From Candidatus Doudnabacteria bacterium RIFCSPHIGHO2_02_FULL_42_25 (lineage in GTDB: Bacteria; Patescibacteriota; Doudnabacteria; UBA920; O2-02-FULL-48-8), in NCBI GenBank assembly GCA_001777665.1, contig MFEQ01000006.1:24309-88308 (forward strand): a stretch of DNA of 64,000 nucleotides, read 5' to 3'. Below are positions 36,680 to 47,251 of this stretch, in pieces. The notes below the pieces were generated by a model. The model saw nothing but the letters and a program-made list of their open reading frames with translations, made no database searches and had not been told where the DNA came from. Within the stretch, counting starts at the first letter, position 1. Each line of letters starts with the position of its first letter. Both the position numbers and the translations under genes were made by a program.

Positions 36680-37707
36680 TATTCTTTATCTAACGCCAAT
36701 TGGATTAATTTATCTAACAATTTGGAATACGAAATCCCGGCAGCTTTGGCTGATTTCGGAACTAGAGAATTTTCAGTCATTCCAGGAATCGTATTGATCT
36801 CCAAAAAATATATTTGGCCTTTCTGCGTGACAATAAAATCAGACCGAGTGACTCCTCGGCAACCGAGTAACTCATGGACTTCCATGGCAATTATCTGTAA
36901 ATTTTCTGCTAACTTTTTGGGGATTGGAGCAGGAACTATTTCGTCACTAAAGTTCGAATTATATTTGGCTCGAAAATCAAAAAATTCCGAACCACCTTTC
37001 GGCACAATTTCAATTACCGGTAACGCTTGCAGATGCTTATTCCCTAAGACCGGGACAGTTAACTCCCGTCCTTTGATGTACGGTTCTACAATAACTTCCA
37101 GATCATGCTTAAAAGCGTCTTCTAACCCTTTTTTTATTTGATCTTTTTTATCCGAAATTGTGATTCCGATAGATGAACCAATCCGATTGGGCTTGATAAC
37201 AATTTTTCCTTTGAGATTTTTAAGATACTTCTGAGGATTTTTTTTGTAATCTTGTTTGGAAACAACGATATGCGGTGCGACCAAAATTCCCTCTGAAGCA
37301 ACCATTCTTTTAGTTTTGGCTTTATCCATGGCTAAAGCAGAGGCCAGAACTCCAGAACCGGTATATTTTATCTTTAACGATTCTAAAACTCCTTGGATTG
37401 TCCCATCCTCTCCACCTGGTCCATGTAAGGCCAGAAAAGCTAAATCTATATTCGATTCAGAATTTTTATCTATCGGGACAATTGCTCGATTATTCGCAAC
37501 TTTTTTTGTGGAAACTGAATGCTCTAACTGTTTGATCGTTGGGCTGCTGATTAACCATCTGCCTGCTGCGGATATTTCTACTGGAATCAATTCATATTTA
37601 TTCTTATTCAAATTTTGTGCAACATTTTTACCTGACTCTAAAGACACTTCACGTTCCTGTGAAGTCCCACCAAAGATTACAGCAATTTTTAATTTTTTCT
37701 TTGCCAT
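36679..37707 (-). CDS. ddl: D-alanine--D-alanine ligase
   Basis: GGTSQEREVS, LHGPGGEDG, GSSIG, LEINTIPGMT. Confidence 0.95.
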   Translation of the reverse strand: MAKKKLKIAVIFGGTSQEREVSLESGKNVAQNLNKNKYELIPVEISAAGRWLISSPTIKQLEHSVSTKKVANNRAIVPIDKNSESNIDLAFLALHGPGGEDGTIQGVLESLKIKYTGSGVLASALAMDKAKTKRMVASEGILVAPHIVVSKQDYKKNPQKYLKNLKGKIVIKPNRIGSSIGITISDKKDQIKKGLEDAFKHDLEVIVEPYIKGRELTVPVLGNKHLQALPVIEIVPKGGSEFFDFRAKYNSNFSDEIVPAPIPKKLAENLQIIAMEVHELLGCRGVTRSDFIVTQKGQIYFLEINTIPGMTENSLVPKSAKAAGISYSKLLDKLIQLALDKE

Positions 37708-38831
37708 TATTTTATTGTTCTCGAAATTTCCGGATTAATTCTCGCTACCACTTCATAATTTATCGTCCCGATTTGTTTAGCGATTTCATCAGCAGATATC
37801 ACTTCTTTCGCTTGTGATCCAATCAAAACCACTTCGTCTCCAACCTTAACTTTCTTTACATCAGTCACATCTACCATGGTTAAATTCATACAGACCCGAC
37901 CCAAAATCTTACAGCGTTTACCACCGATTAACACATGTCCTATGTTTGAGAGTCCACGATCATAGCCTTCAGCATAGCCAATTGGTAGCACGGCTAGCGT
38001 AGTGGTTCGATGAGTTTGGTAAGATTTACCATAACCAATATACACCTTAGCACCAATCTTCTTCAGTTGAATTATTTTCGTTTTCCAGCTAAGAGCAGCT
38101 TTCAATTCGAAGTTAGGATAGCTTTTTAAAGTATGGCGTTTAGCCTGTTCTGATGGCCAAAGCCCATAGAGCCCTATCCCCAATCGAATCGCACTCCTGT
38201 GGCTAGTTTTGAACACTAGGGATGCTGCAGAGCAGGCAATGTGGCTGATTTTAGGCTCTAACCCGGCTCGATAAAGCTCGAACAGAATTTGGTCAAATAA
38301 GTTTATTTGCTCAGTAGTAAAATCAATGTCTTCTTCTGATGCTGCCAAGTGACTAAATACTCCCTCGACTTCTATGTTTGAAAACTTTCCGACCGCTAGA
38401 GCAAATTGGATAATTTGATTTTCTAGCACTCCAAGCCTGTGAGTGCCGATATCAACCTTGAGATGAATTTTGGCTTTCTTTTTTAGTTTTCGCGCGCTCT
38501 GGTCAATAACTTTCGCTTGTTTCAAATCGTAAACGATCAGTGAAATATTATGTTTGATAGCCTCACCGACTAAATCCAAATCATAGTAGCTCAAAACCAA
38601 AATTGGTTTTTTTATCCCCGCTTTGCGCAAAACCAAAGCTTCATCGAGATTCACAGTCGCAAACCAATCCGTTGTTTGCTCAATAGCTCGGGCAACTTCA
38701 ACAATGCCGTGGCCGTAGGCATTACTTTTAACCACAGACATGATTTGAGAACCTTTGGTAATGTTTTTAAATTGCCGCAAATTATGCAGCAAGTTTTGCT
38801 TGCTGATGACTACTTGAGAGGAGGATGACAT
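37707..38831 (-). CDS. alr: Alanine racemase
   Basis: VVKSNAYGHG, RLGIGLYG, GRVCMN, TINYE. Confidence 0.95.
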   Translation of the reverse strand: MSSSSQVVISKQNLLHNLRQFKNITKGSQIMSVVKSNAYGHGIVEVARAIEQTTDWFATVNLDEALVLRKAGIKKPILVLSYYDLDLVGEAIKHNISLIVYDLKQAKVIDQSARKLKKKAKIHLKVDIGTHRLGVLENQIIQFALAVGKFSNIEVEGVFSHLAASEEDIDFTTEQINLFDQILFELYRAGLEPKISHIACSAASLVFKTSHRSAIRLGIGLYGLWPSEQAKRHTLKSYPNFELKAALSWKTKIIQLKKIGAKVYIGYGKSYQTHRTTTLAVLPIGYAEGYDRGLSNIGHVLIGGKRCKILGRVCMNLTMVDVTDVKKVKVGDEVVLIGSQAKEVISADEIAKQIGTINYEVVARINPEISRTIK

Positions 38832-40132
38832 TATTGCTTTTTGATTACATCAGAACCGATAAATGGAATCAGGACTTTTGGCACCCGGATTGAACCATCT
38901 TCCATTTGATTGTTTTCCATAATCGCAATCGGGATGCGAGACATAGCAATCCCGGTCGCATCATTGGTATGCGCATACTCGCTAGACCCGTCTGCTCGTT
39001 TGATTCGGATATTCAACCTTCTGGCTTGATAATCTGTCATGTAATCAGCGCTGTGCGTTTCTCGATATTTTTTTTGCCCAGGCAGCCATGTTTCGATATC
39101 AACCTGTCTGGCATTTGGTTTACCCATGTCGCCTGTGGAATTGATCACAACCTGGTAGGGTAATTCTAATTGTTGCATCAAATACTCCTGAACCGCTACC
39201 AAAAATTTGTGTTCTGCCAAAGAATTCGCTGCAGAGGTAAATGATTCCATTTCGACTTTATCGAATTGATGGACGCGGAGCATGCCTTTCGTATCTTTTC
39301 CGTATGACCCAGCCTCGCGTCGAAAACAAGTCGAAAATCCGACATAGCGCAGCGGGATGTCTTTTTCATTGATCGATTCGTCCATGTGCATGGCGACCAG
39401 TGTATGTTCAGCGCTGCCGATGAGATAAAGTTCGTCCTTCGCCATTTTGTATTTCTCATCTTCGTCCTGGGGGCTCAAGCGTCCAGTTCTAGTATAGACA
39501 TCGGGTTTGATCATGACTGGCGGCAAGACTGGGATAAATGGTTTCGGGCTGACCCCGACTGATCCTGCAATCTGTTGAATTATTTGGGGATCAGTTAAAG
39601 CTTTAAATGCAAACTGCATCAGCGCTGCATCCAGCATGGCTGCACCACCTTTTTTGAATCCAAATCTGGCTCCAGAAATTTTCACAGCCCGGGTCATGTC
39701 GATAATATCCAAAGCTTCACCGAGTTGCAGGTGATCTTTCGGCTCAAATTTAAATTCAGTGGGCTCGCCCCATTTTTTCAAAACTTGATTCTCTGTTTCA
39801 TCCGCTCCCACTGGCACATCAGGCAGCGGAATGTTTGGAATTTCCTGCATCGCAACCAACCACTGGGCTTCTATTTCTTTCAGTTCCGTTTCTTTCATGC
39901 CCAGCATCTCTTTTAGCTTTTTGCTTTCCTCGATCAGATCTTCTTTCTTTTCTTTCTGCAGGTCCGCGGTAATTTCATTTCGTCTGCTCCGAATAGCTTC
40001 GGATTCGATAATCAGTTTCCGGCGTTGATCATCCAAAGTTAAAGCATGGTCCAAATTTGCGTTGGAATTTTTGTTTTTTATAGCTGCCCTGACTTTATCT
40101 AGATTTTCTCTTATAAATTTGATATCAAGCAT
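38831..40132 (-). CDS. serS: Serine--tRNA ligase
   Basis: MLDIKFIREN, FRREAGSYGKDTKG, RVHQFDKVE. Confidence 0.95.
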   Translation of the reverse strand: MLDIKFIRENLDKVRAAIKNKNSNANLDHALTLDDQRRKLIIESEAIRSRRNEITADLQKEKKEDLIEESKKLKEMLGMKETELKEIEAQWLVAMQEIPNIPLPDVPVGADETENQVLKKWGEPTEFKFEPKDHLQLGEALDIIDMTRAVKISGARFGFKKGGAAMLDAALMQFAFKALTDPQIIQQIAGSVGVSPKPFIPVLPPVMIKPDVYTRTGRLSPQDEDEKYKMAKDELYLIGSAEHTLVAMHMDESINEKDIPLRYVGFSTCFRREAGSYGKDTKGMLRVHQFDKVEMESFTSAANSLAEHKFLVAVQEYLMQQLELPYQVVINSTGDMGKPNARQVDIETWLPGQKKYRETHSADYMTDYQARRLNIRIKRADGSSEYAHTNDATGIAMSRIPIAIMENNQMEDGSIRVPKVLIPFIGSDVIKKQ

Positions 40133-40730
40133 ATTCTTTCTTTATTTCCTTAAAAATATTTTTAATCTTCTCAAACGCATGGCGACGCACGTTCATGATG
40201 TCGTATTCGGAATCTTTCAATTCACACACAAATTTTCCATAGTTCGGAAGGTAGATCACAGAATCGTACGGATAACCTTCTGTTATTTTACTAGAGTGCT
40301 GCTCGCCTACTACTCCTTCCACAGTCGCATCCGAGGTAAAAATCCCAAATGGTGTGGCTAGGGCCAGCACAACCGTGAATCGACAACCTCGTTCTTCTTT
40401 CGGTACATCTTTCATTCTTTTGATAACTTCTGACACGATTTCATGGTCAGTCATTTCTCTACCGATCCATCTTTTACTTTTGATTCCTGGTTCCATATTC
40501 AGTGCGACAATTTCCATACCCCCGTCATCTACTAAAGACGGTAATCCCGATTTTTGAAAATAATATTTAGCTTTGGCTATAGCTTGTTCCTCGAAATTTC
40601 TGCCAACTTCTTCAGGTGATGGAATTTTTAAATCTTTCGATGTTACAACTTCAAAATCGAAATCTTTGAGAAATTCCCGATAAGTATCCAGTTTCGCACT
40701 ATTGCCAGTGCCTATTAATAGTTTATTCAT
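40125..40730 (-). CDS. Ham1/RdgB family non-canonical purine NTP pyrophosphatase
   Basis: GTGNSAK, AIAKAKYY, DDGGMEI, PGIKSKR. Confidence 0.85.
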   Translation of the reverse strand: MNKLLIGTGNSAKLDTYREFLKDFDFEVVTSKDLKIPSPEEVGRNFEEQAIAKAKYYFQKSGLPSLVDDGGMEIVALNMEPGIKSKRWIGREMTDHEIVSEVIKRMKDVPKEERGCRFTVVLALATPFGIFTSDATVEGVVGEQHSSKITEGYPYDSVIYLPNYGKFVCELKDSEYDIMNVRRHAFEKIKNIFKEIKKEYA

Positions 40731-40739
40731 ACGATTATT

Positions 40740-41159
40740 TTAACTATCGAAATAATTTCTTCCGGTTTTATAAGATTCTACAGAAAGCTCACACATATAA
40801 AACATTGGGGTCGGCAATTTATCAATCTCGTACCAATTCCATTCTTCGCATTTGTCTGGCTCTAAAACTTTTGGCTCTCCACTTTTCCAATCAGCTATCA
40901 ACCCAATATGGCAATAGTGCTTATTGGCATATTTTTTTATATTCGCTAAAAATTGAAATCTAATATTTTCAATTTCAATTCCCGTTTCCTCTTTAACTTC
41001 TCTAATTGCACATCCTTCAAAGGATTCTGTATATTCCAAATGCCCACCTGGCCAAGCGTACTCACCTGATCCATGGGCGTTTTTTCTCTTACCCATCAAA
41101 ACCATTCGATCCTTAAAAATCATAACGCCAATTCCAACTTTTGGACGGTTTTCATCCAT
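40740..41159 (-). CDS. NUDIX hydrolase
   Basis: PGGHLEYTESFEGCAIREVKEETG. Confidence 0.9.
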   Translation of the reverse strand: MDENRPKVGIGVMIFKDRMVLMGKRKNAHGSGEYAWPGGHLEYTESFEGCAIREVKEETGIEIENIRFQFLANIKKYANKHYCHIGLIADWKSGEPKVLEPDKCEEWNWYEIDKLPTPMFYMCELSVESYKTGRNYFDS

Positions 41160-41160
41160 A

Positions 41161-42633
41161 TTATTGCTCTTTCATTGGTGGGAAAATTACGGTTTCCCGC
41201 ATTGGTTTATTCATAATTACTGAAAAAAATCTTTCGCTCATCCCAAACCCGACAGCCGGTGGCATGCCATACTCGAGAGCTTCGACATAATCAGCGTCCA
41301 ACATCTGGGCTTCCTTGTCTCCCGCTTCGCGTAATTTCATTTGCTCTTGGAATCTCTGCATTTGATATAGCGGATCGTTGACTTCGGAGAAGCCATTGCC
41401 CAATTCAGTTTTCGCCGCTAACACTTGAAAGCGCAAACTTTTCTTGGAATTTACAGGGTCAACTTTGGCCAATGGGGATAATTCAAACGGATGCCCGACT
41501 AAGAAACATGGTTGAACCAGCTTTTGGCGCACTGTTCGCTTATATATAGAATCAATCAATTTTCCTCTGCCCCAATTCTTATCATACGGAGCACCAAGTG
41601 CATCTGCTTTTTTTTGTAAATCCGCGATTGTAGCAGAATTCAAATCCAATCCAGTCTCTTTTTTAAACACCTCGAAGTAATCTAGTCTAGGCCATCCGCC
41701 AGCTGGCGGATTTCCCCAATCAATTTTTTGCTCCTCATATTCTGTCACGAGTCCGCCCGTAACGTTTTTAATCACTTCTTTAAACATTTCTTCGACTAAC
41801 TTCATCCCTTTTTCATGATCAGCAAATGCCCAATAGAATTCCATGTCATCGTATTCCTGCAAATGTTCCCGATCAATCCCTTCGTTCCGGAACAATCTAC
41901 CAATTTCAAAAACTTTTTCATAACCCCCGACCAGTAATCTTTTGAGTGGTAACTCCAAAGAGATCCGTAAATAAAAATCTCGATCAAGTGCATTATGATG
42001 GGTCATGAACGGTTCCGCATCTGCTCCTCCAGGTACGTTTTCCAAAACTGGTGTCCAGACTTCCAAAAAATCTTTTTTGATCATAAAGTTTCGGATAGTT
42101 TGCCAGAAAAGCGCTTTTTTCCGAAACATTTCTTTGGTTTCTGGATTCATGAGCAAATCCAAATATCGTTTGCGGAGACGAGTTTCAGTATCTTTCAATC
42201 CGAAATATTCTTGTGAAATCGGGCGGATCGATTTCGTGAGTAATTTGTAATCTAATGTCTGAAGAGTTTTTTCGCCGGTTTTTGACAGCTCCAAAAACCC
42301 AGTGACTTCGATAAAATCCCCTATATCAAAAAAGTTTCGGAAATCACCGAACATTTGCTCACCGAGAGTTTCGGAACGGAGCATGAATTGGATCGAGTCC
42401 GATGAATCTTCGAGATTGCCAAAAGTTAATTTGCCATGAGTGCGAATTGATCGAATTCTCCCGGTGATGGTGATCTCTTTTTTTGTACTCGAAAGTAAAT
42501 CGAACTGTTCCAATGCAGAACCTATCAAATGCGTGCGATGTGATTCGACTGGATAGGGATCAATCCCTGATTTTTTAAGTTGTTCTAATTTTTGTATCCG
42601 AACTTGTCGGAGCTCTTCGATCTTCTCAGTCAT
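41161..42633 (-). CDS. lysS: Lysine--tRNA ligase (class II)
   Basis: KRYLDL, YLRISLEL, FRNEGID, ALEYGMPP. Confidence 0.96.
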   Translation of the reverse strand: MTEKIEELRQVRIQKLEQLKKSGIDPYPVESHRTHLIGSALEQFDLLSSTKKEITITGRIRSIRTHGKLTFGNLEDSSDSIQFMLRSETLGEQMFGDFRNFFDIGDFIEVTGFLELSKTGEKTLQTLDYKLLTKSIRPISQEYFGLKDTETRLRKRYLDLLMNPETKEMFRKKALFWQTIRNFMIKKDFLEVWTPVLENVPGGADAEPFMTHHNALDRDFYLRISLELPLKRLLVGGYEKVFEIGRLFRNEGIDREHLQEYDDMEFYWAFADHEKGMKLVEEMFKEVIKNVTGGLVTEYEEQKIDWGNPPAGGWPRLDYFEVFKKETGLDLNSATIADLQKKADALGAPYDKNWGRGKLIDSIYKRTVRQKLVQPCFLVGHPFELSPLAKVDPVNSKKSLRFQVLAAKTELGNGFSEVNDPLYQMQRFQEQMKLREAGDKEAQMLDADYVEALEYGMPPAVGFGMSERFFSVIMNKPMRETVIFPPMKEQ

Positions 42634-42707
42634 AATTTACGAAATTAGTAAATTCGTACCAATTAGTAATTAGTAAAGCTCAATAATTATACAATAAACC
42701 CCTAGTA

Positions 42708-42764
42708 TTGACAAATTGCCAAGAAGAATGTATTATATTGTGTTCTACTGCTGAAAATTGGAGG
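42708..42764 (+). promoter_or_regulatory. Sigma70-type promoter and SD of cassette 2
   Basis: TTGACA-17-TATTAT; GGAGG at 42760-42764. Confidence 0.7.
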
Positions 42765-42770
42765 ATTTTC

Positions 42771-43031
42771 ATGAGACGAAAAGGAAAAAACCACATCTGT
42801 GAAGACCACAGTTCGTGGTTGAGTATGCGGAACACGGGGGTCTGTCACGTCGAGTTACGTGGATCCAGGGCCTACCTCAGCGTGGCCTACTACAACGGCA
42901 CGACGTGGCTGCCTAAATTGGTCAGAATCCACTTCTGCCCTTTCTGCGCTAAACCTCTGGGGAAGAGGAAGGTGCGCAAGCTCCGCAAGACAGGGACGAA
43001 GTCGCTTCACTCCCGCCCCCTCTCGAAGTAG
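42771..43031 (+). CDS. Small basic Cys/His-containing hypothetical protein (GC-rich ORFan)
   Basis: HIC...C...FCPFC; terminator 43054-43092. Confidence 0.65.
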   Translation: MRRKGKNHICEDHSSWLSMRNTGVCHVELRGSRAYLSVAYYNGTTWLPKLVRIHFCPFCAKPLGKRKVRKLRKTGTKSLHSRPLSK

Positions 43032-43123
43032 TATCCACTCTACTTCGCTGCCGAAATCGCGTTGGGCGCCAGCTCGACGCGATTTTTCTTTTAAGCTTCA
43101 CAATTTTAACTTGCCGCGGTCAT

Positions 43124-43157
43124 GTACCTATTTGCCCCATATGGGACAAATAGGTAC
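43124..43157. repeat. 34-bp palindrome, CCCATATGGG family variant
   Basis: gtacctatttgccccat|atgggacaaataggtac, one mismatch. Confidence 0.9.
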
Positions 43158-43163
43158 CCCTGC

Positions 43164-43195
43164 AACATAAAAGGTGCGATCGCACCTTTTATGTT
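43164..43195. repeat. 32-bp perfect palindrome, GCGATCGC-core family
   Basis: aacataaaaggtgcga|tcgcaccttttatgtt. Confidence 0.9.
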
Positions 43196-43211
43196 CACTT
43201 CTTATTTTATT

Positions 43212-43463
43212 TCATTTTAGCTTATCATAAACGCCTTGATAGTTTACGTCAGTGGAACTATTAAGTTCGTTTTGGATCTCGATTTCATGTTCGCGCTCTG
43301 ATTTCGCGGCATCCTCTGCTTGCTTCACAGCATCATTCCCTGCTTCAATCTGGTTTTTGTCGCGACCAAAAAAACTTTTGCCACCGAAAACAATGAGTGC
43401 AATAATCGCGATGGCTATCAAAAGCCCTATTAGTCCAAAACCTTTTTCCTTTAGATTCCGCAT
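43212..43463 (-). CDS. Small pilin-like membrane protein
   Basis: KEKG|FGLIGLLIAIAIIALI resembles a prepilin cleavage site without E5. Confidence 0.55.
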   Translation of the reverse strand: MRNLKEKGFGLIGLLIAIAIIALIVFGGKSFFGRDKNQIEAGNDAVKQAEDAAKSEREHEIEIQNELNSSTDVNYQGVYDKLK

Positions 43464-44362
43464 AGTTTTTTAACTTCAAATATATCTTGTGATGTTGCTC
43501 TTTCGTTATCCCCGCTATTTAGTCTATACATTATAGCATCTGGATTCGAGTCGATGTGTTCTAGCCCCAGTGCATGGCCTAGTTCGTGAGCTAAAACCCT
43601 AACCAGTCGTTCTTTGGAATCAAATTCATAAATATCAATTTGTTTGTTGCGCCCGCTTTCGATATATACACCCTCTTCAAACTCCCCGCCGCGGGACTCG
43701 CCGATGTTATTATAGGTATCGACATTCAAATTCAAACTTGCTGCCATCCTATTTAGCACATCTACTACGGCATTAATGTCATTGACCAAACTATTCACAA
43801 TCGCTTGATCGCTATTTATTTTTGCAGCAAGTGCATTAAGCGCATCTCGTTCTTTATTAAGCTTGGTCACGACATTACTTGGAGCACCTCCTTGATCATT
43901 CCATTTTTTTACTTCATCTTCGTACGCTTTTTTTCTGACATTATAAGAAGCAATTTGGGATTCTAAATTTACTTTCAGAAAAGAATAATCTGATGTCATT
44001 TGATTATAGCGCTGTTTCAATAAATCATAAGAGCTTTGCGTATTGTCAATATTGTATCCTAAATCTCTTAATTTATCTGTGGCTTGCTGGCGATAATCGT
44101 AAATCAGATTTATTTTCAAACGGCCTTGGGCATTATAAGCAAATAAATCCTTATTGACTGACGATTCCCAAATATTTACGGCTTGGTCGATAACTTGCAA
44201 ATATTCTGTTTGTGACAATCCAAACCCAGAATCAATCGTACCGATACTATATTCAATCGGTTTACTACAGGGTTTTGTAAACAAACCGAAATAGGCCTGG
44301 CCATAATAAACCACGCCTCCGAGTACAGCGACTATAATTAAACTACCTATAACTTTTTTCAT
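43451..44362 (-). CDS. Matrixin-family zinc metalloprotease with coiled-coil insert
   Basis: HELGHALGLEH, AIMY Met-turn. Confidence 0.85.
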   Translation of the reverse strand: MKKVIGSLIIVAVLGGVVYYGQAYFGLFTKPCSKPIEYSIGTIDSGFGLSQTEYLQVIDQAVNIWESSVNKDLFAYNAQGRLKINLIYDYRQQATDKLRDLGYNIDNTQSSYDLLKQRYNQMTSDYSFLKVNLESQIASYNVRKKAYEDEVKKWNDQGGAPSNVVTKLNKERDALNALAAKINSDQAIVNSLVNDINAVVDVLNRMAASLNLNVDTYNNIGESRGGEFEEGVYIESGRNKQIDIYEFDSKERLVRVLAHELGHALGLEHIDSNPDAIMYRLNSGDNERATSQDIFEVKKLCGI

Positions 44363-44886
44363 TTAAGTAATGGTGCGAACTTTGTTCGAAGCTTAGCAAT
44401 CTTTGGACTGATCACGAGCTGGCAATAAGGTTTATTTTGATTTTGATCATAATATCGTCGATGGTAACTTTCTGCTGGCCAAAATTTGTTTAAAGCCGAG
44501 ACTTCTGTGACAACAGGGTCATCGTATACTTCATCGTCTTCTAACTGTTTGATAAAAGCTAGAGCCACATTGCGTTGTGTTTCGTTGGTGTAAAAAACTG
44601 CTGAACGATACTGCGTCCCGACATCATTACCCTGTCTATTTAGAGTGGTTGGATCATGTGTAGCAAAGAAGACATTCAGCAAATCTTTATATTTAACGAT
44701 AGAATCATCAAAACGTATCTCGATCGCTTCCGCGTGTCCAGTATTACCCCCGGAAACCTCTTCGTATGTCGGATTGGCAGTAGCTCCTCCAGCATACCCG
44801 GATTCAACTGCTTCAACTCCTTTCAAACGACTAAAAATCGCTTCCGTGCACCAAAAACATCCACCTCCAAATACTGCTGTTTCCAT
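44359..44886 (-). CDS. msrA: Peptide-methionine (S)-S-oxide reductase
   Basis: GGCFWC, HDPT, GTQYRS, AESYH. Confidence 0.95.
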   Translation of the reverse strand: METAVFGGGCFWCTEAIFSRLKGVEAVESGYAGGATANPTYEEVSGGNTGHAEAIEIRFDDSIVKYKDLLNVFFATHDPTTLNRQGNDVGTQYRSAVFYTNETQRNVALAFIKQLEDDEVYDDPVVTEVSALNKFWPAESYHRRYYDQNQNKPYCQLVISPKIAKLRTKFAPLLK

Positions 44887-45365
44887 TATCGTATAACCTC
44901 CACTAGAAAATATATAAACATACTTACCCCAACAATTAGCTTAAATGCTGAACCAATAACCAATCCAAACATGGATGCGATGGCAACTTTCAGAGCGTGA
45001 TCCGTGGTCGCCGCGTTCATCATCTCCCCTATAAACGCTCCTACAAAGGGCCCGAGCAAAATGCCGATTGGACCTAGGACAAAAATCCCAAGAATGCCGC
45101 CGATCAATGCGCCCATAACTCCTAATTTCGATGCTTTCCGGCCTTTGGCCGCAATCGCTGGGGCAATCACGTCCACTATAATTGTGAGGAGAATTAATAC
45201 CCCAAATACCACGATCCCCCAAACTGGAATCGATTTAGTAATTATAGCAAACAAAATCAGCGCCCCTAATGCCAAAGGCAGTCCTGGCAAGAACGGTAGG
45301 ACTGCCCCAAGAGTACCGAGTACAATTAAGAAACCACAAATTACTGCCCAAACTAATTCATTCAT
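44886..45365 (-). CDS. DUF456 membrane protein
   Basis: LPFLPG, GALIGGILG, GPFVGAFIGE. Confidence 0.85.
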   Translation of the reverse strand: MNELVWAVICGFLIVLGTLGAVLPFLPGLPLALGALILFAIITKSIPVWGIVVFGVLILLTIIVDVIAPAIAAKGRKASKLGVMGALIGGILGIFVLGPIGILLGPFVGAFIGEMMNAATTDHALKVAIASMFGLVIGSAFKLIVGVSMFIYFLVEVIR

Positions 45366-46735
45366 TATCTAATCGATTTTTCCATGGGCATGATATCCAT
45401 GATTGGTTGCTGCGCATCCAAAACTTCTTTGATCAACGGCACGATAACGTTTTGGGTGTAATAATCAGTTGGTTGATTTGTGACTGGGAACACGAGACTA
45501 GGAACGTACAAATCTTTTGTTTGATTATTGATCGTTTGCCACATTCGGACGTACTCGATTTTGGGTGTACCCAATTCTACAGTAACTGTTTTCGCATCAG
45601 GTTCTATTACTTCGTTAGCGAGTGGCATATAAGAGCGGAATCCGCCATTTTCAGCAATTTTCATCAACCGTGCTGTATCTTTTTCAGTTGGATAAGCAGA
45701 TGCTTGAAATCGTTGGGAGGTTATCTCACCGACAGAAGTTACTTGTTTGGTTCGAGCATTGATAGAAACAAACATTCCAGTTTTATTTCCACCTTCGTCC
45801 ATGACTTCGTTGCCTTCAATTTTTATCGGATAGACCACCGAAACCGCGTCAGGAACATAGAGTGAATTTTTATCAGTAGCACGCTCATACATTATGCGCC
45901 AATAATTTTGAACAACTGGAGTGCCATAGTTTTCTTTAGAGATTCCATATTCGTTCAAAAATTGATCAGCGATAGCGATTGCTTCTTCATCGGAAGGCAC
46001 TTCCCCCATTGATGTTGGTTGAGAATAATCAAGCATCGGCCATCTCTCCCAATTTTGACTAATGTATAAGGTTCCCTGTTTTAGATCCATATCTATCGCG
46101 TATCCTTGGTCACGATTCTCGGAAGCCCGAAGATAATCGACAGTGGCACTCTGAAATTTGGAAATATTGAATAGTCCAATATCAAATCGTTCCAGGAATG
46201 AGGCTAAATCTGCGCCTGCCCCAAACCCTTTTTGTCGTTCATAAACATCCATTTGATCTGAATCCACAGTGATAGGTTCGCCGTTGTACACATATTTGAA
46301 ATAAGTAGGATACCAAATCGCTGGAGTTGCAACTCCTGTCCCACCACCGCCCATTCCCACAGCCGGTTCTGTACCGGGTGCCATCATTTTGGCATCAGCA
46401 GAAAGCGACATATTCTCAGCCCCTCCGCCGCCACCCTGGCCGCGTCCAACTGCATTCAAAGTATTGAGTTGACCGAAAGCATTGCTGCCGACTCGAATGA
46501 TTTCTTGTTTACCGCCAAGCAATTGCTGGGTAGTATTTTGGTTGTTAGGTTTGACCACTAACATAATGACCGCAACGACAGCTATCGCCGAAATCGGCAA
46601 AAGCATTTTTAAATTGAACCGATCCATAAATTTTCCTTTCGTGAGTAGAACGTATAAATTATTTTTGAAACGAGGATCAACTTGAGTATTTGGTTTTGCT
46701 TTTGATAGAAGATTTTCGATGTCATTGATACTCAT
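45365..46735 (-). CDS. Putative anti-sigma factor: single TM, large extracytoplasmic domain
   Basis: ATGA-coupled to ECF sigma; short cytoplasmic N-terminus followed by TM. Confidence 0.55.
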   Translation of the reverse strand: MSINDIENLLSKAKPNTQVDPRFKNNLYVLLTKGKFMDRFNLKMLLPISAIAVVAVIMLVVKPNNQNTTQQLLGGKQEIIRVGSNAFGQLNTLNAVGRGQGGGGGAENMSLSADAKMMAPGTEPAVGMGGGGTGVATPAIWYPTYFKYVYNGEPITVDSDQMDVYERQKGFGAGADLASFLERFDIGLFNISKFQSATVDYLRASENRDQGYAIDMDLKQGTLYISQNWERWPMLDYSQPTSMGEVPSDEEAIAIADQFLNEYGISKENYGTPVVQNYWRIMYERATDKNSLYVPDAVSVVYPIKIEGNEVMDEGGNKTGMFVSINARTKQVTSVGEITSQRFQASAYPTEKDTARLMKIAENGGFRSYMPLANEVIEPDAKTVTVELGTPKIEYVRMWQTINNQTKDLYVPSLVFPVTNQPTDYYTQNVIVPLIKEVLDAQQPIMDIMPMEKSIR

Positions 46736-47241
46736 ATAGTTTCTCCTCTATTTAGAGCTTGCTTAAGATTAGTAACCGCTCGCGAATAAGTCATTTTGGA
46801 ATTGGCCTCACTGATTCCTAAAATGTCTCCGATTTCTTGATGCGATAATTCGTCCCATGCCCGCATAATTACGACTTCTCTCTGAACCTCATCCAACTTA
46901 GCCACCGCTTGGCGAACGGCTTGAAGATTAAGGGCTTGATCAGTATCTGCCTCAATGTTTTGATCCGTCGACAGATCAAACGCAAGGTCCAAATCAAGGA
47001 TTTTCTTATCGGTGCGCATATGGTCGATGAGGCTGTTGCGCGCGATGGTGTAGATCCAAGTGCTAAAAGAGGATTTACTTTCGTCGAAAGAACTCAATTT
47101 GGAGACTGCTTTGAGGAATACTGTAGACGTTAGGTCTTCAGCAGTTTGCTTATGCCCGGTCCGATAGTAAATATACCGATAAATCTTCGGTAAATACTGC
47201 TCGTACCAGTCTTCAATATCTTTATACGTAGATGAATTCAT
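46732..47241 (-). CDS. ECF RNA polymerase sigma factor
   Basis: AEDLTSTVFLKA, FSTWIYTIARNSLIDHMR, LSHQEIGDILG. Confidence 0.9.
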   Translation of the reverse strand: MNSSTYKDIEDWYEQYLPKIYRYIYYRTGHKQTAEDLTSTVFLKAVSKLSSFDESKSSFSTWIYTIARNSLIDHMRTDKKILDLDLAFDLSTDQNIEADTDQALNLQAVRQAVAKLDEVQREVVIMRAWDELSHQEIGDILGISEANSKMTYSRAVTNLKQALNRGETI

Positions 47242-47251
47242 AAAGTAACAG

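Noticed and set aside
43212-43463. Bona fide type IV major pilin
   Set aside because: Lacks Glu at +5 and no pilus genes are adjacent; kept only as pilin-like.
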